Assembly (NCBI GenBank): GCA_964016885.1
Contig: CAXHJY010000159.1
Location: 1 to 64,000, forward strand
Direction: 5' to 3'
Source of the DNA: Eledone cirrhosa
Lineage: Eukaryota
Length of the DNA stretch: 64,000 nucleotides
Shown here one piece after another: positions 60,506 to 64,000 of the stretch; within the stretch, counting starts at the first letter, position 1; each line of letters starts with the position of its first letter. Position numbers and translations under genes: made by a program. The notes under the pieces were generated by a model. The model was not told the DNA's origin. It was given only the letters and a program-made list of their open reading frames with translations, and ran no database searches.

Positions 60506-61157
60506 CTGTAAAAGAAAAGGAAAACTAAGGAGGAAGAGAAAAAGGTGGGGGAGAGAAGGAGAGAAATGGAGGCGTGTCATTTGCAATTAATGTTGGCAGT
60601 TTACCAAATCGATGTGGAATGTGCCAAATTACTTGATAACAATATATTACTACCAATTTTAAAAAGGAATTAAAAATGGAAGGTAAATGTTGCCAGGTTT
60701 TTAAATGTTCCCAAGGAACGCGATTTAATAAAATTTACAGCTCAATTAAACATTAATTAATTTGTACAATGTCAGTATTACTATTTAATTGAAGAAGTGA
60801 CAAACACCTTGGAGTAAAAAATAAATTCTCGGCTTACAATTACTGACTGAAAACGTTTCACTAGTTTTTCGCTACCGGTATCCTTGGAAAAAGTTCCATA
60901 ATCACAATATCCTATTTTCCCTATCCATAAAATTGAAACCTCAAGTTCAGTCTTCTATAATCAATATATTAGATATAAATGAATCAAATCTGTAAGCCTA
61001 TTTCAATTCTTTCTTTGTGTTATTTAACTTACTATACTTACAAGTTCCTTAGAACATCGGATTCACCGTTTCCAGAATATTACAAGTATCTTCCTAAAAA
61101 AATTAATATTTAATCCGAATTTATCGATGAAAAGTACAATTTACAGTTTTGACGGCA

Positions 61158-61400
61158 CATGACTTAGTTATTAGTGTGTTGAGCTCGCGATCATAAGGTA
61201 GTGTGTTCGATTTCCAGACCGGAAAGTAGTGTGCCATTCAGCAAGGCACTCCATTTCCCGTTGCTCCAGTTCACTCAGTTGAAAGATTAGTACTAGCGGC
61301 AGCTAGCGATCGGCTTTGCAATGGACTGGCGTCCCATTCAGGTGGGCGTCTTGTACTGTCAGTCATTTAACGCCTGTATAACCTTGATAAGCATCGGTTT
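61158..61400 (+). mobile_element. Decayed CORE-type SINE (intronic)
   Basis: GTTCGATTTCC...AGCAAGGCACTCCATTTCCCGTTGCTCCAGTTCACTCAG. Confidence 0.65.
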
Positions 61401-62495
61401 TCGTCCAACTCGTGAAAGCTTGGGAAAACGGACGTGAAACAATAACTCTCTAACTCTGATTTCAAACCCTGCTGTCTTTGCCTTTGTCTTTGTCTTCAAG
61501 CTTCAATTGTCGATAAAGTAAATAACCTTAATAGAAAAGTTTAATTCCTACAACCCTGGCTTTATACTACATGTGAAGAAAACGTTGTATAAATAGCCTA
61601 ATGACAGCAAAACTGCGGTAATTTTATATTTCCTCCACCTCAAAAACGAAGTAGTCAATCTCACACTTAGATGTCAGTATGCATATCCCAAACTTTCTGA
61701 CTCATAACAATTTATCAAGATTTTATTTACATCTTAGTAAAAACAATTTTATAGAAAAAGAAAGAAAAACATTTTAGATTGAGAAGAAAGAATGAAATGT
61801 AAAATAAGAAAATATAAAACAAAACGGAAAAGGAATGGAAAGGCAAGGGCTCTAGTGTCACGGAAGAATGCGGAGGAGGAAGGGGGAGATGAGTGGGCTC
61901 TGAGTCTAAGGCGCTGCGGTAATGGGGTTGCGGTCCGCGGACAAGACCGGAAAAGCATTCCCGCGAACTCTAGCCAGCGACACTCACTGGAATAGCCACC
62001 CCACCTCGCGGGGCTCCTTCATCGGAAGCCTAAGCTTTTCCTTCTGAGTTATTTTGAATCCAGCCAAATTCAAAACGATATTCAAGAGTAGTTTCCCGTT
62101 GATTTCTACTGAGAAATGTTCATGTTCATCTATAAAACACTTGTTAATTATACTGTACTCTGTTGCTTACATCGATGAACTCTACAATCGTGATTTTTTA
62201 CATTTGAGTTTGCTGTATGAGTACTATATACTTCTCGGCAAAACACAAAGGCATATGACCGTCAATGGCCCGTAGAATGACTGGTACTTTATCCAATCAA
62301 AGTTTAGTTACAATTTTGTATACAAATCTGTATTAACTACATAAACCTTAATGTTGTCAAGTGTCGTGTTCTAGGTTTCTTGGCTTGGAACAAAGCTCAG
62401 AGTCGATGATCAGCTTTAGGTAGGTTGTCAGAAAAAAATTAGTCTCAACAAGGTACCTGACTTATGTTTTAAGATTTTAGTGTATATTGAAAATG

Positions 62496-63428
62496 CTACG
62501 AACGCGTTTTGGAAGAACTGCCTGTGCTTTCAATTGCGCTGTCTTGACTAGTTTTGCCATCTAAAGTTGTGATGCTAGTGGAGAATGACCTCTGTTTTTC
62601 CGATAACTGATCTTCTTCACTAAAAACCATCTCTTTCAAGGCGTCAGCTGCGCCTACAAGAATTTTCTTTGTTTTTTTGGGGAGTTTCAACTTTGCCTGA
62701 GCATGTGAATAGTAAAGAGTAAAATTATTGACAATAACTGGTACTGGAAGCGCCAACATAAGAACACCACAAAGAGAACATATTGCCCCAACAATATAAC
62801 CGAGGAGAGTATCTGGGACATAGTCACCATACCCAAGTGTTGTTATAGTAACAAGGGCCCACCAAAATCCGATGGGAATGTTTAGAAATTTATTATGGAG
62901 TGTTTCATCAATTTGCTGAGCGTAATAAATAAGGCATGCAAATATTGTTATTCCCATAAATACAACAATTATCAATAGAAGTAGTTCCTTTGCACTCGCT
63001 TTCACTGTGTGGGCTAATATTCGTATTCCACTGACATGTCGCGTCAAACGCAGAATTCGAAAAATACGTATGAGGCGCAACATATTGACGTAATATGAAA
63101 CTTCTGTTTTTACTCCAACAAATCTGTCCACAATATCACGTAAGTAAAATGGTATCAAGGAGAAAATGTCAATCCAATTAAGAACTTTTTTAAAAAAGAG
63201 ATATCGATTGGGGCAAAATATTAGTCGAACAACTATTTCAAATGTAAAGTAAGCTATGCATGTTATTTCGAGGATTTTAAATATTAACATAGGATTTGTT
63301 TTCATGATTTTCTCCCGAACATTAAGTGTAGAGTTGTGTAATACTGGAATGCGAAAATCTTCAAGTGATTCCAATGTGAAAGATATAATTGACATCAAAA
63401 CGAAGAAGACGGAAATTCCCTCCATAAT
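62496..63428 (-). CDS. Voltage-gated potassium channel, Kv3/Shaw subfamily: exon encoding S1-S6 and proximal C-terminus
   Basis: Acceptor ttttgtag at 63429. S4 LRLIRIFRILRLTRH, pore IPIGFWWALVTITTLGYGD, S6 LALPVPVIVNNF and Shaw-like YYSHAQAKLKLPKK. The T1-domain exon(s) lie beyond the window; 3' boundary uncertain (62522, 62504 or the stop at 62496). Confidence 0.95.
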   Translation of the reverse strand: MMEGISVFFVLMSIISFTLESLEDFRIPVLHNSTLNVREKIMKTNPMLIFKILEITCIAYFTFEIVVRLIFCPNRYLFFKKVLNWIDIFSLIPFYLRDIVDRFVGVKTEVSYYVNMLRLIRIFRILRLTRHVSGIRILAHTVKASAKELLLLIIVVFMGITIFACLIYYAQQIDETLHNKFLNIPIGFWWALVTITTLGYGDYVPDTLLGYIVGAICSLCGVLMLALPVPVIVNNFTLYYSHAQAKLKLPKKTKKILVGAADALKEMVFSEEDQLSEKQRSFSTSITTLDGKTSQDSAIESTGSSSKTRS

Positions 63429-63512
63429 CTACAAAAGAGAAGAAAATTATCATTTTAATTATATAAAAATTTGCACAAATAGTTTTGAAAAAATTATACA
63501 TTTTAAAGTACA

Positions 63513-63988
63513 CAGTGTACGCCCTGCATTCGCGGTCGTAGTATTCGTGGTTCTGGTTATTCGTGGAATTTTCCTTAGAGCCTAACTAATAATTGTTCGT
63601 GGAAACCACCGCATATTCGTGGAATCGTAAATATCTTCCGTGATATTTTTATGGCTTTTTTCGTGGCAATATATATTTTTTTACGCTTTTAAACGCTAAA
63701 TGTCGAGAGGGGAGAGAGAGGGAGAGGGGGGGAGAGGAAGTGAGGGGGGGGGAGAGAGGGAGAGAGGGAGAGAGAGAGACGCAAAGAAAGGGTGGTGGTG
63801 AGGGTAAATGTAGAAAAGTATATTTAAAATTACATTCATAGAACAATATACCGTATTTGCCGGCTTATATTTTACGTAATGTTTTGACGTTTATAGGCAT
63901 TTTTATGGACCACGTCCAATATTTGCAGTTTTTCACTCTGCTCGGGTTTTCTAGGAACGTAACCCCTGTGAATAGCGAGGGACGACTG
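63513..63988. mobile_element. Tigger/pogo-like MITE (intronic)
   Basis: Degenerate TIRs CAGTGTACGCCCTGCATTCGCG / GTGAATAGCGAGGGACGACTG-TA; internal TATTCGTGG subrepeats. Confidence 0.55.
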
Positions 63989-64000
63989 TATATTATAAAG

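Overview
Repeat-dominated, AT-rich animal genomic DNA, most likely an octopus (inferred from recognisable octopus-type tRNA-derived and CORE SINEs plus very long (TA)n arrays). The only host gene is the 3' part of a Kv3/Shaw-type voltage-gated K+ channel on the minus strand (exons about 63428-62500, 60505-60344, 57530-57442). The rest is a 7.4 kb (TA)n/(TG) array, SINEs, two decayed mariners, MITEs, a hAT relic with a nested RTE, two Tx1/L1-type LINEs in a (GATA)n tract, RTE-derived non-autonomous elements, and several Penelope-like elements (PLEs; RT plus C-terminal GIY-YIG). The most striking signal is non-coding. Many short islands between (TA)n tracts carry type I hammerhead ribozyme (HHR) motifs (CTGANGA...GAAA...UH, usually with a palindromic stem III), several of them intact, and are built as inverted duplications. 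Three unrelated small units (526, 294 and 317 bp) share one geometry: more than one monomer as a direct repeat, plus an outward inverted arm, inserted in (TA)n. This suggests a retrozyme-like, PLE-mobilised small-RNA system; one unit carries a tRNA-like Pol III gene instead of an obvious HHR. Nearly all long ORFs in the ORF track are microsatellite artefacts. All calls were made by eye, without database searches, so repeat boundaries are approximate.
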